Assembly: GCA_902576605.1 (NCBI GenBank)
Contig: CACGVI010000003.1
Span: 919 to 64,918, forward strand
Direction of reading: 5' to 3'
From: an uncultured Candidatus Actinomarina sp.
GTDB taxonomy: Bacteria > Actinomycetota > Acidimicrobiia > Actinomarinales > Actinomarinaceae
Length of the DNA stretch: 64,000 bases
The notes below the pieces were generated by a model. The model was not told where the DNA came from. It made no database searches and saw nothing but the letters and a program-made list of their open reading frames with translations. Below are positions 17,448-26,596 of this stretch, piece after piece. Numbering within the stretch: the first letter of the stretch is position 1; each line of letters begins with the position of its first letter. Made by a program: the position numbers and the translations under genes.

Positions 17448-20006
17448 TTAACTTTTAATTGGTATGAAAGCTGATACCTCTTCTTCAGATGAAAGCTTCA
17501 TGACCTTAACTCCTTGTGCTGCTCTACTCATTTGTTTAATTTGCTTCACTGCACATCTTATTGCAGTTCCGCCTGTACTCATAAGCATAACCTCTGTATC
17601 TTCATCTACAGACCTTGCGCCTATTAAATTTCCTTTATTTTCAGTAACCTTTAAGGCTTTGACCCCCATACCTCCTCTTCCTGCTCTTCTAAATTCATCT
17701 AACTTGGTTCGTTTTCCATATCCTTTTGCAGTAATGAACAGTAGTGTTTCGTCTCTTGAGGTAGCAGCACCGACTACTTTGTCTCCTTCTCGAAGCTTTA
17801 TTCCTCTAACTCCCATCGCGGATCTTCCTTGGGCTTTAAGATTCGTTTCATCAAATCTAATGGCTTGACCTTTTTGAGAAACCAGTATTACGTCTTCTTT
17901 ACCTGAGGTGGTTTTGACGGAAACAACCTTATCATCGTCTTTAAGTTTTATGGCTTGAAGAGATTTATAATTGGAATCAAAGTCTTTAAACTTAGATTTT
18001 TTCACAGTGCCTTTTTCAGTCATGATTAATAAGAACTTTTCTGTCTCATAGTCTCTTGTGTCTATAATTGCTTGTACTTTTTCGTCCTGACTCATTGATA
18101 ATACGTTTTGAATTAAAGACCCTCTGGCGGTTCTGTTTGTTTTAGGAATCTCGTGTGCTTTTGATCTATACACCTTTCCCTGGTCGGTAAAAAATAACAA
18201 ATAAGAATGTACGGAAGTAGAAAGAAGGTGTTCTATTACATCTTCATCTGATGAGGCAGCTTTTACCCCTTTTCCTCCTCTTCCTTGTTTTTTGTAAGAG
18301 GTCGAAGGAACAGACTTTACATATCCGTTTGATGATACAGAAACGATAATCTCCTCATCTTCTATAAGGTCTTCTATAGATACTTCTCCCACATCAGGAA
18401 CTATCCTTGATCTTCTTTCGTCACCAAATTTATCTGTGATTGCTTCAAGTTCTTCAATTAATATTGTGTTTTGCTTTGGTCGGCTTTTCAATATTGCTGC
18501 AAGTTCTTTTATTGTTTCTTTTAACTCTTTCTTTTCCTCTTCAAGTTTTTCCATTTCCAGTGCCGTAAGTCTCCTAAGTGGCATATCTAAAATGTGAGAG
18601 GCCTGAACTTCTGATAATTTAAATTTTGTCATTAATGATTTTTTAGCTGTATCAACATCTTTAGATGCTTTGATGACCTTAATAATTTGATCAATTTTCT
18701 TAAGGGCTAAAAGAAGCCCTTCAACAATATGGAGCCTGCTTTCAGCCTTATCTAACCTGTATTTTGTTCTTCTTTGTATAACATCAATTTGATGATCAAT
18801 GTAATAGTTTATTAACTCTGGAACAGAAAGAACCTTAGGAACTCCGTCCACAAGAGCAACCGAATTAACAGAGAAGGTGTCTTGAAGTTGCGTCTGCTTA
18901 AAAAGTTGGTTTAGAACTACTTGTGGAACCGCATCTCTTTTAAGCTCTACAACCAGCCTTGTACCATTTCTATCACTGCTTTCATTTCTCAGATCAGATA
19001 TTCCCTGAAGTTTTTTGTCTTGTACAAGTGTGGCAATTTTCTCCATAATACGATCTGTAGAGGCTTGGTAAGGAAGTTCTTTTACAACAATCGCGGAGCG
19101 TCCTCTTCCGAGTTCTTCCACATCTGCAACTGCTCGTATTTTAATGGAGCCCCTTCCTTTCAAAATAGCATCTTTGATGGTTGGGGTATCAACAACTAAA
19201 CCACCTGTAGGAAAGTCTGGACCTTTAATTATTTTTAAAAAGTCTCTTGGCTTTGCGTCTTTATTAGCAATTGCAAATTTGACCGCTTCGGTAACCTCTC
19301 TTAAATTATATGGGGGCATGTTGGTAGCCATTGCAACAGCTATACCTTCTGCACCGTTAACTAAAAGGTTTGGAAACCTTGCAGGAAGAACTTTTGGTTC
19401 AGAAGTTTCACCTGAGTAGTTTGGTTCAAAATTCACAGTCTCTTCATCAATACCATCTAGTAGTTGGGATGATAATGAAGACATTCTGGACTCTGTATAC
19501 CTCATAGCAGCTGGTGGATCATCGGGAGTACCGAAGTTTCCTTGGGGTTCAATGAGTGGATATCTTGTACTAAAGTGTTGACCAAGTCTTACTAGGGTTC
19601 CATAAATCGCATCATTACCGTGAGGATGATAATTACCCATTACATCACCTACAACCTTTGAGCATTTTCTAAAAGGGCCCGTAGGTCTAATTCCTGTTTC
19701 ATACATAGAATATAAGATTCTTCTTTGAACGGGTTTTAATCCGTCTTTAACATCGGGTAGTGCCCTTGAGACAATAACAGACATTGCATAGTCTAAAAAT
19801 GACTTTGAAATCTCATCTTCAACAGCAATTGTTCCGTTATTTGTAACGGCCTCTTTTGGTTGTGTCTCTTTGGTTACGGCCTCTGTCTTCTTTGCTGGTG
19901 GTTTTTTAGCAACTGACTTTTTAGCTGCAGTTTTTTTTGCAGGAGCTTTTTTAGGAGCCGACTTTTTAGCTACGGTTTTTTTTGCTGGTGGTTTTTTAGC
20001 AGGCAT
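17448..20006 (-). CDS. DNA gyrase subunit A with an N-terminal Lys/Ala/Pro-rich extension
   Basis: Contains YAMSVIVSRALPDVKDGLKPVQRRILY, an active-site Tyr region and C-terminal beta-pinwheel repeats. The start ATG overlaps the gyrB stop (TAATG). Confidence 0.97.
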   Translation of the reverse strand: MPAKKPPAKKTVAKKSAPKKAPAKKTAAKKSVAKKPPAKKTEAVTKETQPKEAVTNNGTIAVEDEISKSFLDYAMSVIVSRALPDVKDGLKPVQRRILYSMYETGIRPTGPFRKCSKVVGDVMGNYHPHGNDAIYGTLVRLGQHFSTRYPLIEPQGNFGTPDDPPAAMRYTESRMSSLSSQLLDGIDEETVNFEPNYSGETSEPKVLPARFPNLLVNGAEGIAVAMATNMPPYNLREVTEAVKFAIANKDAKPRDFLKIIKGPDFPTGGLVVDTPTIKDAILKGRGSIKIRAVADVEELGRGRSAIVVKELPYQASTDRIMEKIATLVQDKKLQGISDLRNESSDRNGTRLVVELKRDAVPQVVLNQLFKQTQLQDTFSVNSVALVDGVPKVLSVPELINYYIDHQIDVIQRRTKYRLDKAESRLHIVEGLLLALKKIDQIIKVIKASKDVDTAKKSLMTKFKLSEVQASHILDMPLRRLTALEMEKLEEEKKELKETIKELAAILKSRPKQNTILIEELEAITDKFGDERRSRIVPDVGEVSIEDLIEDEEIIVSVSSNGYVKSVPSTSYKKQGRGGKGVKAASSDEDVIEHLLSTSVHSYLLFFTDQGKVYRSKAHEIPKTNRTARGSLIQNVLSMSQDEKVQAIIDTRDYETEKFLLIMTEKGTVKKSKFKDFDSNYKSLQAIKLKDDDKVVSVKTTSGKEDVILVSQKGQAIRFDETNLKAQGRSAMGVRGIKLREGDKVVGAATSRDETLLFITAKGYGKRTKLDEFRRAGRGGMGVKALKVTENKGNLIGARSVDEDTEVMLMSTGGTAIRCAVKQIKQMSRAAQGVKVMKLSSEEEVSAFIPIKS
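19887..20003 (-). repeat. Coding tandem repeat: eight xxAKK pentapeptide-like units at the GyrA N-terminus
   Basis: Encodes PAKK-PPAKK-TVAKK-SAPKK-APAKK-TAAKK-SVAKK-PPAKK. At DNA level there are repeated ...TTTTGCTGGTGGTTTTTTAGCA... units. Confidence 0.9.
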
Positions 20007-21928
20007 TATACGTCTAGAAACCTTACGTCTTTTGCGTTCTTTTCAATAAAAAGTTTTCTCTTTGAAACATCGTTGCCCATAAGAACCTCAAACATATCTG
20101 AGGCTTTTGCCATTGCACCTTTAGCATCAGCAAGGGTTACTTTAATAAGTGTTCTTGTTTCTGGGTTCATTGCGGTATCCCACAACTCTCCTGCATTCAT
20201 TTCACCCAGACCTTTGAATCTACTTATATCAAATTTTTTGTTCTTGTTTTCTTTTTTAAATGCATTAAGTTCATCATCATCCTTTAAGTAAGTAATTCCA
20301 GAAGCAGCTTTTAACCTGTAAAGTGGTGGTTCTGAAATCCATACTTTTCCACTTGTTATGAGGCCTGGCATAAATTTAAAGAAGAAAGTTAATAAAAGTG
20401 TTCTAATGTGGGCTCCGTCTACATCGGCGTCTGTTAAAAATATAATCTTGTCATATCTTGACTCTTCTTCATTAAATTGTGTCTTTATTCCAGTACCAAT
20501 TGCTTTTATTAGCGCACTAATTTCTTCGTTTTGAAGAGCTCTGTTCTCAGTAACTTTTTGAACATTAATAATTTTTCCTCTAATTGGAAGTATGGCCTGG
20601 ACCCTAGAGTCTCTAGCTTGTTTTGCCGGACCGGCGGCAGAATCTCCCTCAACAATAAAAAGTTCACTTTCGGTTGGATCTGTTGATGAACAGTCTGCAA
20701 GTTTTCCAGGCAACCCAGAAGTCTCTAAAATACTTTTTCTTTTTGTTAGCTCTCTTGCTTTTTTTGCACTCATGCGAGCTTTTGCGGCCACGGCACATCT
20801 CTCTACAATGGCTCTACCTTCTTTTGTGTTTTTTGAAAGCCACTTTGGAAACTCTTCGTTTATTAATACTTGGACTTTAGATTTCATTTCAGTATTGCCT
20901 AGTTTTGTCTTTGTTTGACCCTCGAACTGTGGCTCTTTAACTCTGACCGAAACTACTCCTGTCATACCTTCTCTAATATCGTCTCCTGTTAGTGATATGT
21001 CTGAGTGGAGGTTTCTTTTTTTTGCGAAATCATTAATAGCTTTTGTTACTGCGGTTCTAAGTCCCTCTTCGTGAGTACCACCTTCAAGTGTGTGGATATT
21101 GTTTGCAAAACTTTTTACCGTAACATCGTCTTCGTTTTTCCACTGTAGAGCGACTTCTATCTCTGAGTCCTTTGTTTGATCTGAAAAAGATATGATTTTA
21201 TCGTGTAATGGTTCGAATCCCTCGTTTAGATACTCAACAAAATCAACCAACCCACCTTTAAAGTGAAACTGTTCCTTTGTTGCTGGTTTTACCCTGTTGT
21301 CAACAAGGGTTATTTTCAAGCCTTTATTTAGAAAAGCAGTTTGTCTCAGTCTCTCGGAAACAATGTTATATTCATAGGTTTGTGTTTCATCAAATATTTC
21401 AGGATCAGCTAAAAAGTTGACTTTTGTTCCGGTCTTTTTTGAAACTTTACCTCTTTTAATTTTCGATTTTGGTTTACCTAAATCAAAATCTTGATTCCAA
21501 AAATACCCATCTCTTTGAACTTGGACTTTTACAAAGGTTGATAGAGCATTAACCACTGAAATTCCAACTCCGTGTAAGCCACCGCTAACTGTGTATGCTC
21601 CGGATTCAAACTTTCCACCAGCATGAAGCGTGGTTAAAACTGTAGTAAGTGCTGAAACTTTTGTTTTGGGATGAGGTTTTACTGGTATTCCACTTCCATC
21701 GTCTTCTACCGTAACAGATCCGTTTTTCTCTAAAGCAACTTTGATAGTTGAACACCTTCCAGCCATAGCTTCGTCAACAGAGTTGTCTAATACTTCCCAG
21801 ATAAGGTGGTGTAAACCGTTTGGTCCGGTTGAACCAATATACATTGCTGGTCTTTTTCTTACTGCTTCTAGACCCTCAAGAATTTTTATATCTTTTGAAT
21901 CATAACTATTTGAATCTTTTTTAGACAC
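20006..21928 (-). CDS. gyrB: DNA gyrase subunit B
   Basis: GHKL ATPase motifs (LHHLIWEVLDNSVDEA, GGLHGVG), Toprim (EGDSAGG, DADVDGAHI). GTG start preceded by GGAGA. Confidence 0.97.
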   Translation of the reverse strand: MSKKDSNSYDSKDIKILEGLEAVRKRPAMYIGSTGPNGLHHLIWEVLDNSVDEAMAGRCSTIKVALEKNGSVTVEDDGSGIPVKPHPKTKVSALTTVLTTLHAGGKFESGAYTVSGGLHGVGISVVNALSTFVKVQVQRDGYFWNQDFDLGKPKSKIKRGKVSKKTGTKVNFLADPEIFDETQTYEYNIVSERLRQTAFLNKGLKITLVDNRVKPATKEQFHFKGGLVDFVEYLNEGFEPLHDKIISFSDQTKDSEIEVALQWKNEDDVTVKSFANNIHTLEGGTHEEGLRTAVTKAINDFAKKRNLHSDISLTGDDIREGMTGVVSVRVKEPQFEGQTKTKLGNTEMKSKVQVLINEEFPKWLSKNTKEGRAIVERCAVAAKARMSAKKARELTKRKSILETSGLPGKLADCSSTDPTESELFIVEGDSAAGPAKQARDSRVQAILPIRGKIINVQKVTENRALQNEEISALIKAIGTGIKTQFNEEESRYDKIIFLTDADVDGAHIRTLLLTFFFKFMPGLITSGKVWISEPPLYRLKAASGITYLKDDDELNAFKKENKNKKFDISRFKGLGEMNAGELWDTAMNPETRTLIKVTLADAKGAMAKASDMFEVLMGNDVSKRKLFIEKNAKDVRFLDV

Positions 21929-22002
21929 GAATTATCTCCAAGATACGCTTCTATTTATTTGTTACAGCCCCTGCTGAACTCCTATTTTACTAGATTTCTA
22001 GA

Positions 22003-22290
22003 TTATTGCTTGAGATTAGATATTTGAATATCTATGTTTTTAAGGCTTATTTTGGTATTTTTCTCAATGTTTATGATTAAGTTTTGTTCGTCTAGTTGCA
22101 CGATTTTTTTCACTCTGGAGTTGTCAACATAAACCACTAGTGTGTCTCCTAAAACTGGTCCTGTCACAACATCGTCAACCCACTTGTAGTGACTGTTGGT
22201 AATGTAGTTTTCTATTTTTTTAGAGTTTTTAAAATTTATACCTAAAGAATTATTATTTGGGTTAATTTTTTCTGGTTCTTTATTTAACAC
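22003..22290 (-). CDS. Hypothetical 95 aa protein in the position normally occupied by recF/DUF721 (possibly a short DUF721/DciA-like protein)
   Basis: The GTG start overlaps the dnaN stop (TAGTG). The weak W-x3-V...LGDTLVVYVDNS pattern is reminiscent of the DUF721 core. The assignment is positional and tentative. Confidence 0.3.
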   Translation of the reverse strand: MLNKEPEKINPNNNSLGINFKNSKKIENYITNSHYKWVDDVVTGPVLGDTLVVYVDNSRVKKIVQLDEQNLIINIEKNTKISLKNIDIQISNLKQ

Positions 22291-23408
22291 TATTCGTTAG
22301 TTCTAACAGGCATAAGTAAATATTGATATGTTTCTTCTTCACCTTGAATAACAGCTGGTTTGTCATTCCCAGAAAATCGTAAATAAGCTTTGTTTCCATC
22401 TAACACCTCTATACCTTGGATTAAATAATTCGGGTTGAAGGAAATTTGAAAATCTGTCACGTCCCCTACTTCAAGTCCAAGAATGTTTATATCTATTTCT
22501 TCTACTCCACCTCCAATGTCTTTGTTTGTGGAAGATATGTTGAGATTGTTTTCGTCAACCACTTTTAATGTCACAGGTATAAACCCTTCAGCAACCACGG
22601 TTGATCTGTCGAGGGATTCCAATATCTTTTTTTTATCAACCTCTATTGAGAAAACATTCTCTTTTGGAAAAAGAGCCTGGTATTCGGGGTAGTTTCCCTC
22701 AAGTTTTCTAACAGACGTGTAGTATTTTTCGTTATAAAAATGAAGTTCTCTTTCTGTTGAGTTTATATAAATGTCTTGTTCACTGTCTTCAAAAAGTTTT
22801 ATGGTTTCATTTAGAGACCTGTAAGAAACAATTCCTGCATCGTCTATAGGTAAGTTGGATATTACGTTTGTTGCCAACCTGTAGCTGTCTGTCGAGACAA
22901 GTGTTGTTTTTTCTCCATCGTTATCAAAGAAAACACCTGTAAGTATTGGTTTTCCTCCTTCTGGAGATGCTGCTATACCTACTTTTCTAAGTGCTGTAAA
23001 AAGTTCAAAAGGAGCCAGTTTTTGGCTTTTTTCTTGTTCAACAGAGTTCTCTAATAAAGCTTTGGGGTATGTTAGGTGATCTAGTTTTCTCAGTTTATAT
23101 TCTGATTTGTCAGCTTCAATCATTACTTCATTACCAAGATCGGAGAATAAAATTTCTCCCGATGACATTTTTCTCACCACTTCGGATAAAATTCTTGCAT
23201 TAACTAAACACTCTCCATCAACCATTGAGTCAACATTAAGTTTTGCCTTAATAACCAAATCCAAATCGGAACCAACAACCTCACACGAACCACCTTCAAC
23301 TTTTATATACAAACCCTGAAGAGAAGGGGTGGATGGCTTAATATCAACAGCTCTAGAAACAGATAAAACTACTTCTTTTAGATCTTTTGTTTTCGTTTTA
23401 AATTTCAA
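22290..23408 (-). CDS. dnaN: DNA polymerase III beta sliding clamp
   Basis: 372 aa with a three-domain clamp pattern (ILTGVFF..., LVSTDSYRLA, C-terminal YLLMPVR). Lies directly downstream of dnaA. Confidence 0.9.
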   Translation of the reverse strand: MKFKTKTKDLKEVVLSVSRAVDIKPSTPSLQGLYIKVEGGSCEVVGSDLDLVIKAKLNVDSMVDGECLVNARILSEVVRKMSSGEILFSDLGNEVMIEADKSEYKLRKLDHLTYPKALLENSVEQEKSQKLAPFELFTALRKVGIAASPEGGKPILTGVFFDNDGEKTTLVSTDSYRLATNVISNLPIDDAGIVSYRSLNETIKLFEDSEQDIYINSTERELHFYNEKYYTSVRKLEGNYPEYQALFPKENVFSIEVDKKKILESLDRSTVVAEGFIPVTLKVVDENNLNISSTNKDIGGGVEEIDINILGLEVGDVTDFQISFNPNYLIQGIEVLDGNKAYLRFSGNDKPAVIQGEEETYQYLLMPVRTNE

Positions 23409-23510
23409 ATTATTCCTTTATATATAACAACAATAAAACCGTTTAAATTGTTTAATAAACTAATTAAAGACTTAAACAACGACAAATTTATGTTGTAAGT
23501 TTTAAACATT

Positions 23511-24827
23511 TTAGACCCTTGTTAATAGATTTTCTTTAGAAGAAACTTTATTGTTGAAAATGTTTATTTCTTTCTTCAAACCAGGAGAGTCTTCAACTTT
23601 TTTAATTGAAGATAAAACTGTGGAGTGAGACCTATTACCTACGTATAAACCAATTTGATTTAACGAGTACTCGGTGTGTTTTCTCATCAAGTAAATAAAA
23701 AGATGTCTAGCATTACTAACCTGTTCGCTTCTGTTTTTTGACAACACTAACCTTTTATCTACTTGATATAGATCAGAGCAATAATCAAGAATAAACTCTG
23801 GGGTAAGTTCCAAGACCTTGCTGTTAGAGTACATAGAAACAAGCTCTGCAACATAATTAGTGTTTCCAGTCCCTGTTTGTTTGTTGATTATTAAGTTGTT
23901 CACAACACCATTAATTTCTCTGAAGCTTTGAAACTCTAAAGAGGTTAATAAATCGAACTCTTTCTTGGTTATAAGGTTTCCACCATATTCATTGTTGTTC
24001 TTGTTTAAAACTTCAGAAAACATTTTCTGATCAGGTATTTCTATGTCTGTAACTAATCCGTTTAAAATTCTTGAAACCAACCTTTCAGGAAAACCAATGA
24101 GTTCTTGGGGTTTTTGGTCTGATGCTAAAACCACCGCTTTTGAGTTGTTTAGAAAATAATTAATTGTATGAAATAGTTCTTCTGAAACTCCTTTTTTTCC
24201 TAGAAAAAACTGAATATCGTCAATCAACAAAATGTCCACCGACCTTATTTTGTTTTTAAAAACATCTATATCTTTATTTTTAATTCCATTTATATACGAT
24301 TCAAGAAAAGATTCAGAATCAATATAAAAAGAAGAAATAGAAGATCTTTCAATTGTTTTTAGTAAGTGAGTTTTACCAACCCCAGGCTTTCCGTAAACAA
24401 ACAAGGGGTTGAACCTTTTTCCGGGACTCGTTACAACATTTTTAGCAGCAGTTATTGCAAGGTTGTTACAACTTCCAATAAACAATTCATCAAAAACTTC
24501 CAGTTCATAGGCGGGTTGTTCCTGAACAAGCTTATCTTCTACCACCTTAGCTTCTTCTACAACCTCAAATTCGTTAGTAGTAATAGATAGATTTTTATCA
24601 AGAACAAAAACACAATCACCAAACTCATTTATGCTTTTATAAACCCTTTTTATGGTATCAAAAACCTTTTTTTCAATTGAGTTCTTAATAAACTCAGAAT
24701 TTACAATGATGTTTAGGTTTTTATCATCCCCAATTTCGAAGACAACTTGTTCCAACCAATATTTATCTGTCTTGTTTTCTATCTCATTGTCTAAATAAGA
24801 TAGAAATTCATCAACCTTACTATTCAT
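23511..24827 (-). CDS. dnaA: Chromosomal replication initiator DnaA
   Basis: AAA+ Walker A GKPGVGKTHLL, Walker B LLIDDIQF, and the domain IV HTH signature (ARHLFIYLMRKHTEYSLNQIGLYVGNRSHSTVLSS). I place the start at ATG 24827 (GGAG 4 nt upstream) rather than 24893. Confidence 0.95.
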   Translation of the reverse strand: MNSKVDEFLSYLDNEIENKTDKYWLEQVVFEIGDDKNLNIIVNSEFIKNSIEKKVFDTIKRVYKSINEFGDCVFVLDKNLSITTNEFEVVEEAKVVEDKLVQEQPAYELEVFDELFIGSCNNLAITAAKNVVTSPGKRFNPLFVYGKPGVGKTHLLKTIERSSISSFYIDSESFLESYINGIKNKDIDVFKNKIRSVDILLIDDIQFFLGKKGVSEELFHTINYFLNNSKAVVLASDQKPQELIGFPERLVSRILNGLVTDIEIPDQKMFSEVLNKNNNEYGGNLITKKEFDLLTSLEFQSFREINGVVNNLIINKQTGTGNTNYVAELVSMYSNSKVLELTPEFILDYCSDLYQVDKRLVLSKNRSEQVSNARHLFIYLMRKHTEYSLNQIGLYVGNRSHSTVLSSIKKVEDSPGLKKEINIFNNKVSSKENLLTRV

Positions 24828-25114
24828 AACTCCGCTTACAACTTCATTAAACTTAAACGACAGTATGAAAATTTCATAGAGTGTGAAAAACATATTAATT
24901 TTTCACAAGGTTTATCAATAATTTAAGAAACCCAATGTTTATTGAGGATTATATGTTCAAAACTATCAAATAACCAACAACTCCTTGTGGTTATAGAATC
25001 CTAGTTAGTTTGTTTTTCGCGAGTTAAAAAATATTTTCGCGAATATGTAAAATTAAAAAATAATTTTGGTTTGTTTAAATACTCTATTCATTTATTGTTA
25101 GTTAAAGGTAAAAA

Positions 25115-25249
25115 ATGAAAAGAACTTATCAACCTAGTAATAGAAAAAGAAGCAGAAAACACGGTTTTAGATCAAGAATGCGAACCAGAGCTGGTCGCGA
25201 AATTCTTAAAAGAAGAAGAAAAAAAGGTCGTAAAATTATATCTGCCTAG
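25115..25249 (+). CDS. rpmH: 50S ribosomal protein L34
   Basis: Translated by hand: [44 protein letters not shown]. This is the canonical L34 sequence. It is below the ORF-track cutoff. Confidence 0.95.
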   Translation: MKRTYQPSNRKRSRKHGFRSRMRTRAGREILKRRRKKGRKIISA

Positions 25250-25256
25250 GTTTTTA

Positions 25257-25568
25257 GTGAAATTTACTGCACTAAATAAAAAAAGTCATTTTGAAAACCT
25301 AAGAAAAGAAGAGTTCTGCTTTGCAGATAAAGGCGTAAAAGTTTTTGTAAAAGAGAATAGTGTTGGTACAAATAGACTCGGCATCAGCATATCAAGCAAA
25401 CACGCCAATGCTGTGAACAGAAATAGATTTAAAAGAAGGATTAAAGAAGCGGTCGGAGGTTTAGAAACTGAGTTAGACATAGATATTTTGGTTGAGGGAA
25501 ACGCAGAATCATCACACCTAAAATTAGTTGAAATTCAAAATATATTAACTAGACATCCACTGCTTTAA
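25257..25568 (+). CDS. rnpA: Ribonuclease P protein component
   Basis: RNR motif region (ANAVNRNRFKRRIKEA). Lies immediately after rpmH. GTG start. Confidence 0.8.
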   Translation: MKFTALNKKSHFENLRKEEFCFADKGVKVFVKENSVGTNRLGISISSKHANAVNRNRFKRRIKEAVGGLETELDIDILVEGNAESSHLKLVEIQNILTRHPLL

Positions 25569-25577
25569 GACAAAAAA

Positions 25578-25793
25578 ATGAAAATTGTAACGGTTCTATA
25601 CCAGATTTGCAGATCTTTACTGTCCTACCTCGGATTAGGAAGTGGAAACTGTATGTATTATCCGTCTTGTTCCCAAGTAATAGCTGAAAACCTTGAAAAA
25701 AATGGTTTATTAAGTTCTGTACCTGTGATTTTAAAGAGAATTAAAATTTGCAACCCAATATACAAGAAATTTGGTAAAAATTGGCAATTTTAG
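25578..25793 (+). CDS. yidD: Membrane protein insertion efficiency factor YidD
   Basis: 71 aa with the conserved C-x-YYPSCSQ block, positioned between rnpA and yidC. Confidence 0.8.
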   Translation: MKIVTVLYQICRSLLSYLGLGSGNCMYYPSCSQVIAENLEKNGLLSSVPVILKRIKICNPIYKKFGKNWQF

Positions 25794-26596
25794 AACCATT
25801 CGCACTTGCAATAGGGTTTTTACTCTCCTATGTTTATGATTTTACGCTCTCATATGGTTTTGCAATAGCTATTTTGACTGTAATTATCAATGTAATTATT
25901 TTCCCACTAACACTTAGACAAACTAGATCGACCAAAAGAATGCAAGACGCGCAGTCTGATATAAAAAAACTTCAAAAGGAACATAAGGACAACAAAGAAG
26001 AATTAAATAAAGCAATGGCCGCAATGTATAAAGAAAAAGGAATAAACCCGCTTGGGTGTATACTTCCTCTACTTATTCAAATGCCTATATGGTTTGCCTT
26101 ATTTAGGGTTTTGAGAGAGCCCTTAAGCTTTATTCCGTCAAATTCAGTTCTTTTTAAAGATCTTGAAGTAAGTACAAATCTTACATTTTTTAATATGGAC
26201 CTTCAAATACCACCGGCTGAAGTATCAGAGTGGATTGACAGAGTCCCATATCTAATATTGATTTTGTTAGTTATTTTGACTGCTTTATATCAACAGCAAC
26301 AAATTACAAAGAAAACAGGAAAGAGTGACAATCCTCAAGCCCAGCAAATGCAAATGATTGGCAAGGTAATGCCAGTATTTTTTGGATTTATTTCATGGAC
26401 ACTACCAACAGGACTTGTAGTTTATTTTTTAACTGGAAATATATTTCGAATTGGTCAACAAGCCCTAATAGTAAAGCTAGATGATCGTGAAGGAATTAAA
26501 AAAGAAGATAAAAAAGAGGAAAGTAATGGAGATTTAAATTCAAATCCAATTCAAGAAAATCCTCGGAAAAACCGCAAAAAAAGAAGGAGAAAATAG
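25781..26596 (+). CDS. yidC: Membrane protein insertase YidC (short, Gram-positive type)
   Basis: Conserved blocks TVIINVIIFPLTLRQ, MYKEKGINPLGCILPLLIQMPIWFALF and GLVVYFLTGNIFRIGQQ, plus a basic C-terminal tail. TTG start overlapping yidD. Confidence 0.85.
   Translation: MAILEPFALAIGFLLSYVYDFTLSYGFAIAILTVIINVIIFPLTLRQTRSTKRMQDAQSDIKKLQKEHKDNKEELNKAMAAMYKEKGINPLGCILPLLIQMPIWFALFRVLREPLSFIPSNSVLFKDLEVSTNLTFFNMDLQIPPAEVSEWIDRVPYLILILLVILTALYQQQQITKKTGKSDNPQAQQMQMIGKVMPVFFGFISWTLPTGLVVYFLTGNIFRIGQQALIVKLDDREGIKKEDKKEESNGDLNSNPIQENPRKNRKKRRRK

Noticed and set aside
17105-20918. Numerous 60-134 aa ORFs antisense to or out of frame within DUF3566, gyrA and gyrB (for example 17105..17398, 17464..17868, 18921..19419, 20073..20918)
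   Set aside because: They lie entirely inside highly conserved genes whose frames are unambiguous. Antisense frames commonly stay open in AT-rich genomes. The same reasoning applies to the other short antisense ORFs in the track (3553..3837, 8342..8944, 13739..14032, 26699..27427, 28650..29165, 36043..36892 and so on).
24828-24893. 22-codon upstream extension of dnaA (MFFTLYEIFILSFKFNEVVSGV)
   Set aside because: The extension is hydrophobic and unlike DnaA domain I. ATG 24827 is preceded by GGAG at the correct spacing.
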